A stretch of DNA of 63,834 bases from Klebsormidium nitens (GCA_000708835.1 DF237421.1:9297-73130), one strand, 5' to 3'. Shown: positions 24,694 through 38,500, counted from the first letter of the stretch. Numbers and translations: made by a program. The notes: generated by a model from the letters alone, not told the origin.

Positions 24694-27600
24694 ATGGCTT
24701 CAGAAACTGAAGCAGCCTCTCCTGACACCGCTGGTGAAGTAAGTGGTTTCTCTGAGGTGGTCTTTGAAAGCACAGAACAAACGCCAACAGTTTCTGAGGA
24801 GAGCAATGAAGAAGCGCCATCTTCCAATGCAATGCTACCACCTGGCGACGTTTTCCGCCCTGAGGACTTGCAACAGATCCGCTCGGCGCCCTGCCGCATC
24901 CATGACATTATCATTGAGGGCGCAAAGCGCACCAAACCCCACGTCATTGAGAGAGAACTGGAGGAGGCGAGAGCTGCGGGGAACTTCACGGAGCTGGCGG
25001 AGAGACTGGTGGAAGCGACGGAGCGGCTGAGGGGACTGGACATCTTTCAGAAGTGTGTGGTTACGTGCGAGGCGGGTCCGAGCGAACTGCCGGGGACAAC
25101 CAATGTGGTGAGGTTCTTGCGTTTAATGGGCAATGGGTTCATGCCTCAAGCATGTAATCTCATGCTTTTGTGGTGGCACACTGATGCACTTTGATGGTGG
25201 GGACCTTGACGCAGTGCGTCATAAGCCTCTGAACAACCGCTGCTTGGAAGTGGAGTGTTCGCAAATTGCAAATCTGCACTGGAAGATCTCTGCAAAGGAG
25301 AGGTTTGCTCGACTTCTCTGCTCCTCCTCCATTCATCACTGTGGCGGGCACACGTGTAAATGTTAAAAGGCCCTGTAAGATGAGGAGGATCAGGTTCCCT
25401 CCAAGGATCTGCAAAATCTCCTACCCTCTCAATGAGGCTGATCAAGTGTGTGGTTGTTTGCTTCCTTTGCCCTAGTAAGCCAGAAATCGACCGGTCAAAT
25501 GGTTTTCCTGTGTAATATGTGGTGCTGAAATAAAAAACATGATGAAGAGTTCAGAGGGCTCTGAATGTCTTCGCAAGAGTCCTTGAGAAGCGCGTAGTGG
25601 ATTAGGCAGGCTCTGTATCTGACAGCAAGGACTCTCTTGGAAGGACTTCCAGCTCGCCCCACGTTGCTTTGTTGACGAAAAGGGCTTGTGTAGCATGCAG
25701 AGCCACCTATCGAGAACGTGTATGCATGTGTGCCCTTTCATCAGACTTGACTTCTCAATCAGTTGCTACAGCTTCTTTCGACCAGGTTGCAAATGAAACT
25801 AAGAAAACTTCTCGAGAAATGTCTGATTCCGAGCTCCCGGGCAGAAAGTTTCCAGAAGTTGAAAGGCCTTGTCAAAAAGTTGGTCGACTTGTACCGGGCC
25901 AAATTTACCTGCGATTCTGCAATCGACTTTTCTAGGCTACCTCAAGTTCCGCCCGGCTTTGACAAATTTGTCAAGAAAGTTGCCTCATTTCTCGAGAAGA
26001 TTTCTTGGTTTCATTTGCGACTTGGTCGAAAGAAGCTGTAATTGCCAATCTAGCTTGCTACTTTCCAGAATCTGAAGGTCGTTGGTTCGTTGCAAAGAGC
26101 GTAGCCGGTGAGGCAGCTTCGTGCAGTTTGTAGAGAACCTCAGGAAGCTTCTAACATGTTTACGATCGTCCCGCATATCAAAATCCAGATTGTTTTTCAG
26201 TGTGAGGTCATCCCTGTCTCGAGAAGAGCCTCTTTGGAGCCTGAGCCGGGACCTACTTCCAGAAGCTGAAAAACTTCTGCATATGCACATGAGCAGGGAA
26301 TGGTTATCTTCCGATCATTCTATTACCTGTTTGCACAATTCTGGGTAACCCGCAGGTCGTCTCTGTCGTTGAGAAGGGCCTACATCTTCCAAATTCAGCC
26401 CTCAGCTTCGGTTTGTAACCCGCTGGTCAACATGCTAACCTATATCCCTAACCTTCAGGTTGTCTCCGTTGTCGAGAAGGGCCTCTTTGGCGTGCGCGCG
26501 GGGACGTACTTCCAGGGGCGGGAGGGCAGCGTCGAGGGCAGCGTCTCCATGCGCAACGCCTTCGGCTACGCCGAGCAACTAGACGCGAGCATCCAGCGCA
26601 GCCGAGAGATTTCCAACACGTTCTCGCTCGGCTTGGCGGTCCCGCGCCCCGCGCTGCGTGCGCGCGTTTTCCAGAGCAACAGCAATTGGCAGGATCTGAG
26701 CAGCTACATCGAACGGTTGAGGGGGTGCCAGGTCAGCACCGATGCGGGCGACCACGAGATCGACTACCAGCTGGCATGGCGGGAGCTTCGGGTGAGTGAA
26801 AAATGACTGAACCTCTCCCCTCTGAGGAGCGTAATCTTGTCACGGCAGGATGGACCTGACCCGGCGAGAGCTCAGGGGATTCTCTATAGAGTTGTGCTTC
26901 ACAGTCTCACCTAAAATGCCGTGAAGAGGTCGTGTCATCCTTGTCACATTCCGTTCACCTTCGAATCTGCTCTGGGAGTGTTTCGAGAAAGCCCGGTCTT
27001 CGAGGAGGCCCGAAAGATCGGCGTCAAGAATGCTGGACAAAGACCCGTCATTCTACGAGTCAATCATATCAATAAGCGGTTCTCTGATCCCCGTTCTTTT
27101 GAGAATTCCAAGAAAAAGCAGCCATCCGTTTTCACCAGTTTCCGCCGGGGGAAAGCTCTTTGGAGCTTATAAGCACACGCGTTGGTGTCTATATGGTCTG
27201 ACGTTCTGCAAATTAGCAAATTCACCAAAAGCAAAGCATCTGGATAAGCACATATGGGAGAATGACTTCTTAGCAGCTTTTCTTTGAAGTGTTTGTTTGA
27301 GGATGCGGCTTTGTGAGCTGGCATTGCGCCCTTGCGACGTAAAACTCCCTACGGATTGCAGGGTCTAAAGGACGACGTGGGGCGGATCCTATGCGAACAA
27401 CGCGGCCGTTCTTTTCTACTTGTGGACATGTCAACGTTTACCCAGCAATTTCGCAATCATGGCCAATAATGCGAGCATTCTCTCCGGTTACAGAATCCAG
27501 CGGGCACGGCGGGGTGGAGCGTGCAGTGCAACCGGGTCATTTGCTGCGTTCAGAAGAACGTCAGCTTTTGTCCACAGAGCGGTCACCCTCAAAACCAAGC

Positions 27601-30271
27601 CTAAAGTCTGTGTTAACCTTCTCTGTCACCTCTGGTCGACCTCCTTACGTGTTTCTGCAACCATCATTAACCTTTTTCTCGGTTACAGGATCCAGCGGGC
27701 AAGGCGGGACGGAGCGTGCGGCGACAACTGGGTCACTCGCTCTTATCGAGCGTGACGCACACGTACCGGCTAGAGAACCGGGACAGCCGATTGCGGCCGA
27801 CGCAGGGCTGGGGGCTGCGCGTGACTAGCCAACTGGCGGGACTAGGACTCGATTCTAATCTTGTGCGGTTCATAAAAGAGGTAGGTTTTGGTTTGATTTG
27901 ATTTTGTGAAGCTGACATTTTGGACCGGTATCTATTCGCGTCACTCTGGGTTGGTACCTCCGCGTCACCAGCCGATCGGCGGGACTAGGATTCGACTCGA
28001 ACCTCGTGCGGTTCATAAAAGAGGTAAGGTTGGTCATTTTTAAAAGTGTAAGCGATGTCCAAAGTTGAGACTGGGAGGGTATATTAGCACCAATTCGAAA
28101 TTGAGGAGAGCGTTGTGATCTCGCAGCGGCGGGTTCGAACTCGACCTTGATTACGTGCTGGCTATGATGGAAAAAAGGCGAACGTGACAAAGTCTCGTTC
28201 CCAGACTCTACTCTTGCGGGCCTTTTAACATCCCTGGCAGGGAGTTCAATCTCTTCGAAGAAGGTCGGAAGGTCTGAGTTTCGGTCAGGCTTCTAGACGG
28301 GAGCCGAAGAGCAGGAAAGTGACACAGCGGGGCCGTGGCAAGGCTTCCGCGCTGCAGTCTGTGTAGGAACGATATCGTGCAACTAAAACAGTCGTTGTGT
28401 TTTCAAGGTGCGCTTTTCTTATTTTGGATTTAGGGAGCGCTGAACGGACAGTTCGAGAGCGTTGGTTCCTCATAAACTTCGCCGTAATCATGAACTTTGC
28501 TCGTAGCGATGTGCCACTTTCAGGTCGCTCGCCACGCGGTTCCTCACGCGGAATCCGTTACACTGGACTGGAGAACCACCTTCTTGTCCATCACTCAGAG
28601 GCCATTTCCTTCCTCCGCTTTGCGATGACGTCACCCTGCCCAACGCTGACGTCACCCACGTTCCCTCCTCAGGAAGTCGAGGGCCACGTGGCCTTCCCCC
28701 TGGGCTTCGGCGGCGCCGCGCTCGGCCTTGGCGCGACTGCCGGGTTCCTCCTTCCCCTCGGCTTGGGTGGTGTGAAAAAGCCCACGAGCATTTCGGACCG
28801 TTTCTTTCTGGGGGGGCCGAACAGTCTGCGGGGGTTCAAGCACCGGGGGGTGGGGCCGTCAGAGCCGCGGCGAATATTGGAGGAGCCCAAACCGGGGGCG
28901 CCGCCACCCCCCCGGGACGCTCTAGGTGGAGATTTTGTGGTGGGTGGTTTTTGGATTTTATGACGCAACGATGTTTTGGGGCTTTAAGGTTTCAGAGGTC
29001 GTTTGTGCGCGCCAGTGATTTTAATCTTCACAGGAGCTGTGGTGGTTCTTTAGGTTACAATCTATGATGGGCTTCCTTCGTGCCCATTGTTCTGAAGATC
29101 TTGCTGCGATGGTTAAGTCAGTTTCTTGTTCTAACAATACGCAGCCTGCCCGAGTCATCTTATCAGCATTTTCGTCGTTTGATCGAGAGACCCTGCAGTT
29201 ACGGCTTGCACGTAGTGCGGGTCTAAGGTTTAATCTGCTGTTAACCCGAACTGCTACAGCGTAGGTCAAGAGTTGCATCTGGCTACCGCAAAATCATACG
29301 GACTCCTTGGGCCTGAAATGACCCCTGTGTGTCACCGTCCGATCATAATACACTCAAGTGCGTTGGAGTGCTTACTCTAAGATGACAGTGCGTTTTCCCA
29401 TTTCATCGCCTCGAAAGCGCGACAATTTCACAGCGGACGTTCCACTTAAAACGCAAACGTTCTGCTCGGACCCAGCGACTGACCGCCTCATTCCCTTGTG
29501 CCAGCTGTCCGGCGTCGCCGCACTCTCCTTCGACCTGCCCGTCCGACTTTTGCAAGCGCTCAACGTCCATGGGCACGTGTTCGTGGCAGCCGGCAATAGC
29601 GTATTGGTCCACGGGGGCCAGCCGCCGGTGTCGGCGAGAGACTTTTTGCGAGGGTTCCGTGCGTCGGCGGGCGTCGGGATCGTGTACCCATCACCGATCG
29701 GGCGGCTGGAGGTGAGCCAAGTGGCAGGCTGTGGAAAGAGGATGTGTCTACAAATTTAGTGACAGAGTTGATTCCGGAAGATGTGACGGTGCCTCCCAGT
29801 AGCTTCTATGGACAAATGACCACCTGGATAGAACAGAAAGAGCAGACGCTTTGAATGCATATCTTTCGTGGACACGTCTTGTGACACGTTTGTGCGATGC
29901 GATGCAAAGGCCTGATTACGAAAGCTGCCATGTAGTAATTCAGAGTGGAAACGTTCGGCGGCTTCAGATCGCTTGGACTGCTATTCAAGGGCAATTGAAC
30001 CAGCTTGTCACTCCGAAAAAGGTCCACGTGCTACCACGTTTGACGGCCACTGAATTGCATGGGGTTTGTCGGTTGTCAAACTTTCACAGGACGAACGTCG
30101 CTCAGTCTCCCAGTGCCAGCTCTTAATTGGTCCCACTTTGCCGAATGATGACGGCGATTGCAAAACCCCGTTCACCATCTCGTGCAGATCAACTACAGTC
30201 GGCCCCTGCGCATTCAAGAAGGGGACAACGCGCAAGCTTTCCAGATTGGATTCAACGTGAGTTCACCCTAG
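24694..30271 (+). CDS. SAM50: Mitochondrial outer-membrane beta-barrel assembly protein SAM50 (Omp85 family), ~498 aa, 6 exons
   Basis: Exons (+): 24694-25107, 26459-26791, 27689-27880, 28673-28939, 29505-29711, 30188-30271; total 1497 nt. POTRA domain (IHDIIIEGAKRTKPHVIERE), RRQLGHSLLSS, DRFFLGGPNSLRGF..RGVGP, ALGGD, SAGVGIVYPSPIGRLE.NY. Confidence 0.93.
26213..26390 (+). repeat. Two decayed copies of the SAM50 exon 2 start in intron 1
   Basis: cgcaggtcgtctctgtcgttgagaagggcct (26351) and tcgagaagagcctctttggagcctgagccgggacctacttccag (26218) vs the exon start caggttgtctccgttgtcgagaagggcctctttggcgtgcgcgcggggacgtacttccag. Confidence 0.8.
27478..28035 (+). repeat. Acceptor echo (27480-27545) and donor echo (27960-28030) flanking SAM50 exon 3
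   Basis: ggttacag.atccagcgggca.ggcggg is duplicated. gtgcggttcataaaagaggta is at 27863 and 28006. Confidence 0.9.
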
Positions 30272-31433
30272 AGCCACCGGAAATAGCAGCCAGCGACAAT
30301 GAAAACCTAGGAATCTAAGCCAGCGTTTCTTTAGCTTCAGGTAAACGGAGAGAATGATCGCCTTGGGCATATCCACCCAGGCAGCTAAGCGGACCCTCGT
30401 TCAAGTTCACAGTCTGATGTTCGATTTTGCTTACCCTAGGATGGCATGATGTTTACGTCAGCTTCACTTGAACGACAAATCAAACTTGCAAATGAGTTGT
30501 CTGTGTTGGAGGGAGGAAAAAGATGAGCTCCGTCAAAGTCTGAGCTCGCGGCCCGGCTTTGAAATTCATTTCAAGGGCCCAACTGTCTTAGTATCAAGCT
30601 AACATGCCTTGACCCAATTCCATGACCAGCCTGGCCCACGGTGCTGGCAAGAACGCGGATTCAACCTACGTACGGTCAGCATGGGCGGTTCTACTACTTT
30701 TCAGTTGCGCTATACAGGATGCTGCACTAGTACGCCATGCAAATCATGGCGGCATACTAACAGTGTTACTGGCACTGCAAGTCCGGTCGTGATTGTTAGC
30801 ATGGGCTGGTATTTAAGCTAGCTAGCGAGTATAATACCTCGCATGCACTTATCCAGTAAAATCTTACATGTAACATGAAATTTCATGCTTATTCTGTCTC
30901 CCGTGGCTGCACTCACTGTAATGCAATATATTCACTGCATGCACTACAGCGCGCGAGCAGGCTGGCAAGAATTGTACCTCGAAGGCAGAATCATCGAACG
31001 ATCGTTGGCAATATGTACCATATACTTACTTATTTAAATGTAACCAAGAGCGCGGCCGGCTAGCTAGTCGATCAGAGCACAGTACATGCATATAGGAATA
31101 ATCTGTGTGAAACGAAATTGCTGGCCAGCTGGCCCGTGGCCAGTCGTTGCAAATTCCTTCAAGAGCTCGCAAGGAAAGCGGGCCACATTCCTTCTATATT
31201 TTACCGGCCGCTGATCATGCCTACATACTCGTAGAACTCACTGAGGTGGTAGACTAGCTCGTTCGCTCAATCCTTTGTACGTATGAGAAAGGCAGGAGTA
31301 AAGTTATATTATACTTAGCTTTTGCAGATCTCTTTACATCAAGTCAACTCACTCGAATCTCAAACCGTGTAGACAATCGACACACAGAACTTCTTTAATC
31401 TAGCTACGTTACATTTTTCATGATTCTTGCTGT

Positions 31434-33965
31434 TTACAAGGCCTGGGAAGAGGGGGCGATGTTAACCGAAGCAAGGACCAGAAGCCACCTCGGACCCGGG
31501 GCGGCATTGACAGTGCTATTCGCACTTTTGTCAAGGTACTGCCAGAGCAGGACGACGTATGCATTGCCAATCTGCGAAGACAACAGAAGAGGTAGCTTGT
31601 TAAGTCCAGGATTGACATGGGATTGGAACTTGCTCACGTAAAATATTGACAAAGAGGATTGTAGACGCACACCTGTCCCTCCCTTTCACGTTTTTCGTAC
31701 AACAAGCAAACAAGCAGTTCGAGTATCCGATCCTTCTACGCGTTCCCGGTTCAAGGAATCAACAAACCAGTAAGGACCGCTGTTCAAACTAGTTACTTTT
31801 TGGCACCGATACAGCACAGCTTTCGACTCACGAGCTACTCTTAACAAAGTGAAGACTCAGACAAGAGATTGACAGCCCTGTTGCTGATTGCAAACTCATG
31901 AGCGGTTGATCTCATCCTCTCTTTGAGATGAAGCTACATCTTTGGGATGTGGAGTTTGGCAGCGAAGGTGGACTTACCATAGGTACTTCAGGCACAAGGA
32001 CAGTGAGGATGGCAGCCTCGCGACCTAGTTGACTGTAAGCAACAGCGGTCGGAGGAGGAGCGGTCGCATTGCGAGCCCGCAGCAGGGTGAAGAAGGTTAA
32101 AAAAGTGGGAACGGTCAGATTGAACCTGCAAAGTCATGAGTGCAAGTGTTGATACATGTTGCACAACTACGAGCAAGATGTCTGAGAACCCTAGCTTCAT
32201 TCAAATGGGTCATCTGACTAATATGAAACCCTTAATCAGAAGGAATAAGAAGGACAAGGTTGGCACGAACTCATTATATCCAGAAAAGGAACGTCTCGAA
32301 AGAAGTCTTCGAAGGAGGGCACTCAGATCAGAACGAGCAAAATAACCTAGATTGACTTGCTGTTTCAGCACGGGGAGACCTCTTGACCTGATTAAGAGTC
32401 TCGGTAAGGTTGTGATGCAAAGGCTGAAACGAGTTATAGTTGCACAGATGTCAACATTCAAGCCCGACTAAGTGTAGGGGATCTCCCCTTATATGCAGTC
32501 TGACAGAGTTAAGGCAGACCAGTCGCTCCTGCACTACATACTTATGCTACTGTAGGTAGCTTTTCCGCATCAAAAGCACAGAGAATAGAACGTCACTTAC
32601 GGAATGGGGCCGTACAACCCTGGCACCACTAGATGAAACTGTGGGGCGAAAAACTCCTCAGCGATGTTTTGGAGGCTGATGCTGCTGTTGCTCAGCGCCG
32701 CTTGTAGCTTTTCTGTAGCATTGCCCACCGCCGGCTGCGTGAAGTTTGCAGGCAGTGTGGCATTTGCGGAAGTTGTGACGTTTGTGGTGACGTTGCTTGA
32801 CGTCACAAATATTTCAGGCAAGGTTCGCGTCACCACTGTGCCGTTGAAAGCGGGGGCGATGCTTGTGAACTTCATCCGCCACGTGGAGTTCTGCTTTTGC
32901 CATGCGGAAGTCAGGAAGTAATTCTCGTTGGGCTGCAGCGGAAAAAGAAGATGGGGCCTTGGCCTACAAACATCTTCGCTGATTTTCTCTGCAATGTGTT
33001 TTGAGATGACCAGCTTTTTGAATGCTCACACAGCCGCGCTGAAACACTTAAAACGATCCCAAGTGAAAGCATAAAAAAGTTACTCGGGCAGAAATTCCAT
33101 TGGTACATATTCAACTGCAGTGGAACAGCTCAAAGGCTGCTCGAAGTTGCTGATGTTGGCAGCTCTCAAATGCAGTACTCCCAACGCCCCTTGAAAGTCT
33201 GAAGCCCCTTACCTTTCCTGTGTTGAAAACATCCACATAAGCGGTGTTGTTCTCATCGATGATGAAGAAGATTTGTTCTTGAAAGGTCACGTTTGTGTTT
33301 GGATCTGGTGCCACTAAGGCAAAGGTGTTCGCCACAACAGTGTCATTAGCAGGCAACCTGCAAAGAAACGTACAAAGTGTATCTGATTATGCTAGGCAGG
33401 GCACTGATTCATTACGCGGATTGCAACCTCTACGCATTACTGAGAACGGGCACCTCTACCACAGAACGTCTATAGCTACTTCCAAGGAGGTGATTGCTCA
33501 ACCCCACAGCAGCTGAAACAGAAGAATCTGGGGGCATTTAAGGCGAGTAGAGTACTGAGCATTGAATGCAGCTCAAGTAAGGTATGGTAAGCCCCTGAAA
33601 ATATCCTAACCAAACCCAATCGTCTCCAGTGCCCTCTTGAAAATCTCAACCAATCGAACCCGGCTTCTTAGAAAGGGCTTTACATCACAGGGTGGGTTTG
33701 AGCTGTAGTAAACTTACGTCAAGGGAGCCGCTATGTTGGCGACGACGAATTGGACGCTGGGATCAAGGAACTGGTCTGCTCCAGAGATGTTTCCTGAGAT
33801 GATGTAGCCAAGGAGGTTGACATTAGTACTCTGCACCTCCCGGAAGAGCGCCACGCTCTCATTGGCCGACAGAGAGCCGTTGCTGAGAACCTGCGCCCTG
33901 GTGCTAGAAGCTGCAACAAGCAGTAGTGTGCAGAACAGGGCGGAGAGCAAGGCGCGGCGAGCCAT
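31434..33965 (-). CDS. Secreted, N-glycosylation-rich protein with two putative NTF2/SnoaL-like domains
   Basis: Exons (-): 33965-33718, 33357-33213, 32932-32601, 32032-31978, 31571-31434. Phases are compatible, but an extra exon between 31978 and 31571 is possible. Signal peptide MARRALLSALFCTLLLVAASSTRA; many NxS/T sites; the two halves end W...WRMKFTSIAP and W...RWLLVLASVNIAP. Confidence 0.6.
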
Positions 33966-35531
33966 GTTACTGCTGAGCTGCAAAGAGCTGGCGAGCTTTG
34001 GGTTAGGCAGCGGCTTGTGAAGAACTGAGCTCGATTTGTGAATCAAAGGACCAAGCTTATAAACCGCTGAAACTCGGATGCTGTCGCCGGATGCTGCTGC
34101 TGCTCAATCGATTTTGAGTGAACGCTGAAATTTCTGGCTCTGGCCTAGACTGAGCTCTCTCCCTACGTAGCTGCTGACTAAGCAAAGGGGCCTCCCTAAA
34201 CATGTACTTTTCGTCAATCACGCGTTCTGACTTGTCACGAAAGCCCGCCTGACCAGCAAACATTTGTAAAGGCTGACGCCAGTAAATCAAAGGGCGCAAC
34301 TTATTAAAAAATGCGGGAGTGCTAATATTTCAGCAGTCCCCGAGTCAGCGCCACATGGCTTTAGCCTTTAGGCAGCTGAGATGCAGATGCATCATTTGGG
34401 AACTCACGCATAAAGTGGAAGACGTGGCGAAGGGCCCCAGCTTGACGAGCAAATGCCAGCTTTCACCGTCCGTTTCGGAAATCCTGGCAGAACGGTAGGC
34501 TATGGATGTCGACATACGTGCCGTACGGTCGCGTGACCCGACTTCTGGACCGCGCGAGCTCCACAGACAGCGAGTGAAAGTTCGTCGCGCAAACACAGCA
34601 GAACGGCCCGGCCAGGTTCCGGTTCCGAGGGGGTCAATATTTCTGCGCGTCAAATTTCAATATTCGAAAAAAAGCGCGCGCTGAAAATACGGGAAATCTC
34701 CAGGGCTGGCGGCGCTGGCGGATCCAATGATTCATGCAATGATCTTCAATTTTGTTGGAGGGCGCGGCCGCGCCAAGCGCTAGGCCGCGGCCGCGCCAGT
34801 GTGCAGTGTCGCCTACTACTGCGCGCGTGGTAGCGCAAGCTAGTACATTTTAACTGAGTGATCGAGCTACGGCTATTGGAAAGTTGGTCGCGCCCGCGAC
34901 GCCAAAATGAGGAGCTTTGAGGGAAGCCGTCTGCCAGTGCCTAACACTTACACTCCTGGCCGATCTTAGCTGTAAGCGCGGAGCGCGCACTTTCTTGCTG
35001 AACGGGCCGCGCAGTGAGCAACACTCAGGTCCTCATGTGAAAGGTTCTAGTGGCACTATCGGCCAGCACATGCTAATTTCGACGCTGCCGTTCATGTACT
35101 ATGACACCATGTGCACGACCGATGCAGAAAGCGGTGCAACCAGGTTTGTTGTGTGTCACATTCGGAACACAAGCGGACCAATGGTTGAATTGGTTCACAA
35201 CAAGACTCCAGTACTTGAACGGCAGCTGCGCATGAGCATTTCAGACAATGGTAACCTTCTATGCAGATCGGCGAAAAGCTACTCCTACACAAGCAGGTCT
35301 CGCTGCGTGTGCCCTAGTCAAAGGCTGTAGCACGAAAACCCTTGTGCAGAATTCGTTAATAATCGAGACATTGTGCGAAAGGCTACTGCTTTACGTAAAC
35401 AATTCCTATGCAGCCTGCAATATAGCTGCACACCAGTTTCAAATGTGACCAGTATAATACACCGAGAAGAGCCTAGCCGACGAGTGTTTCTGGAAGGCCC
35501 CAGGGGGTCACATAATTCTCCTGACTCCTTA

Positions 35532-38500
35532 TTATTGCCGGCCTGACGTCATCTCCCGGAACTCGTCTTCCACCTGTTGCAAGGGGAAACAGCGAGATCG
35601 AAGCCGTCAAGGGTCTGGAAGAATCCTTACTTATTGTCCAGGCTTTCAAGAACGCCGCGCGATCGAATCTGATAAGCACCAAGCAGGAGGTGTTTGACGA
35701 AGGAGATTCCTTTTTCTTTCCAGGGCCACCTATTGCAAGCTGGAAACAGCCTGTCAGCGAGTTCCGTTTGCAAAGCGGGCGCAAGAGTTGTATTTCATTA
35801 GTGTTTCGTCAAAGCCGTGTACGAAAAGTAACTACTGTAATCTAGTGGCCTTGATGCTCCACACGAAGGAGCTCTTAAAGTTGCAGGTAACGGAGGATTC
35901 AAAGGTTGGGTGCTTGTACCGTTGGATATTCAAAGCAACGAGGTTCGTGGGACAATTGTCTCTCGTTGTCGCAAGCGGTGGTTACCAGAACGTAAAAGCA
36001 TCAAGCGAGGGGTTCAAAAGTAGGAGAGGCATCAAGAAACTCTAATCAAGCCCCCACTTCGACCCCGTCCCTCCGGCAGAAAATTTCGAGCCCTTCAATC
36101 TGTCCTTCTTAGCCGATTGAGAGTATCCACGCATACCAAGTAAGATGCTCCGCGCTGACCCCTCAAGGGCAAGGCTATCGTAACCCCATTCAGCCAAACG
36201 CTCACCCTTTTGAGGACGTCATCAACCGACTCCGCTTCCGTCACGGTCTCCGTCTTTGCTTGGTCCTTCTTGGCTTTGATCTTGAGCTCCTTAGCGCGCG
36301 TCTCCAAGTTTTTCTCGCGCTTCGTTTCCCGTTCGAGCATCTAAGAAACGCCAGAGCATCTCGTGGGAAAAGGTCGGGTGCACAATACCAAGGGCCGTAT
36401 TTGGAAGAAGATAATACTGATCTGTGACTTCAGGACAATTTGGCTGTTTTGAGTGTCTGAACGTTAAGGCCGAGGGCTCGTTCTTCACTTGGACTTTGAA
36501 TGCTCGTACAATTTGAGGACCGACAGAGCGATCCGTCTTTCTGGTCAGATATGGCTGATCAGTATACTGCAGCTAAGGATATCAATCGACTCACGATGCC
36601 AATTCAGGAATCATTTATCACTTTCTTGCGAACCGACGTTGAGCCTCAAGATTCTCAGATAAAGCGCTTCCAGCCTGCTTCTTAGCCACCAGTAACATCA
36701 ACCCGCTGATTTTGCACAGTCCCCAATTGTGAAATGAACCGGGCTCCCTGTTGGCACTTCTCTCACCTGGGCGATGGACTGTTTCTCATTGGGCTGCATG
36801 ACCGCCAGCCCCTCGCAGAAGTCGAGCAGCGTGGTGCTTCCGTCGGAGGCTCCGGCGGCGAGCATCTTGCCGGACTCTTGCACGCGGAACGAGGTCAGCC
36901 CGATGCCCTCGTCCATAACCTGGGGCCAAACCAACATGGTTAACGAGGGCTTTACCAAAATGAGAACCGGATTATCTTACTTTGGATGTCATTCAGTTTT
37001 ACGGGTCGCTTTTATCCACGTTTCGACTTTCACTCATTTTCAGGGGGAGGAAAGCGTCTCATCGACCCAGATAGGTTGATCTGATCCGCCTGCTTTCCGC
37101 CCGTCGATTCGATCCGCCGTTTTCGATCCCCATCGCTCTCTGCGTCTCCATGCTTCTCGCTATCAAGCGCGACTTTCTACATTCTGATGTATGATCAAGA
37201 ATCGGATCGATGCCCCAACGCAGATCGTGGAGGTTTCCTACAAATCAATAGCCCAAATAAGATTGCCACCCAAGCACTGATTCTAAGTCCCACCTTGACT
37301 GTGAGCGTGGGGTCGTTCTGTTTGTAGAAGTAGTCCCACACGTCGAGCGAGCCGTCCTTCTTTGACGTGAAGAAGACCCCGGGCCGCGTAGGGCTCCACG
37401 TGGCGCCCGTGATGTAACTGCTGTGATACCTGCGAGTGACACGTGCCATGACGTGAGAAGCATGTGGCAGAGGAGGGATGAACTGCACAAGCAGAATCTT
37501 TGGGCGGCGATGCATATATGAACAGCTTGTTGCAACATTGGGTAGACGCTTCGCTGCCAATCAACCTCTGGTTGCAATGGAACTGAGGAGAAAGCAAGTT
37601 TTGGCGGTGTCTATAGACAGAACCAGCCCTCAATCGCTGGACACAGGATTCGCGGATGCCTGTCTTGACAACGCCCTTAGCCGGAGTGTTCCTTTGCGTA
37701 TGTCAGCAAACGACAAGCGGTGAAAAGGCTGATGTCACGCGACGTACCCGCTGAGCACCGGAATCAGGACCCTTTTCAAGGCGACAGGCCTTATAATCCC
37801 GGAAACGATCTCTCCGGATCATTTTTTGTCCAAATCCCTGAATCGACAGGCCGCCCCAAGCCTGGACCAGGCGACACGTGACGTCAGCGGAGCCCGGTAC
37901 GTACCTGGTTGTCATGATGGCGGTCCGGAGGTCCTCGTTCCAAATGCGCGCCGTCCAGTCGCCCGCGCTGAGGAAGTACTTAGGGTAGAAGGGGCTGCGC
38001 TCCAGCGCGCAAACCGGGCCGTGGTGACCCTGGTAGCTCGCCGTAACCCGGTCGGTTGCAAGTTTCGCCTGAAAACCAAGGTTAAGGGATGGGTTACCTC
38101 CATAACAAGTAATCTGCCTCTAAAACAACCGGTGGTGACCCTGGTAGCTCGCCGTAACCCGGTCGGTGGCGACCTTGGCCTGGAGAACAAGATGGTGTGC
38201 AAAGTGATTTGCTTATGTCCGAGAATGGCTTGCCTGCTGAGAAAATTTTCTACTTGAGCTATTCGACTAGTACCGTTTAGGAGGTGTGATGAGCGGGTTT
38301 CGTAGCAATCACCGAGAGACAATTTCCTCATCTTGTCATAATATGAGAGGGTTTGCCCTCTGGACAGATCCTTGGATTTCGCGCTGCTTGATACGTTGAG
38401 AAAAAAGATGAGCGGGTTGAGTAGCCAATCACCGACAAGATAAAGTTCTGAAGCTCATCGATGCGAGCCTCCAAACCAAAGCAGGGCACACTGGCGGAGC

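Noticed and set aside
28626-28660. TGACGTCA (CRE-like) palindromes here and at ~35544, ~37879, ~44621, ~45720 and ~53337
   Set aside because: Mostly intronic or coding, several overlap CTGAC branch-point-like sites, and there is no positional consistency.
30256-30271. AAC|gtgagt possible extra donor in the last SAM50 exon
   Set aside because: Reading through already gives a plausible Omp85 terminal strand (FQIGFNVSSP-stop) and I found no downstream exon.
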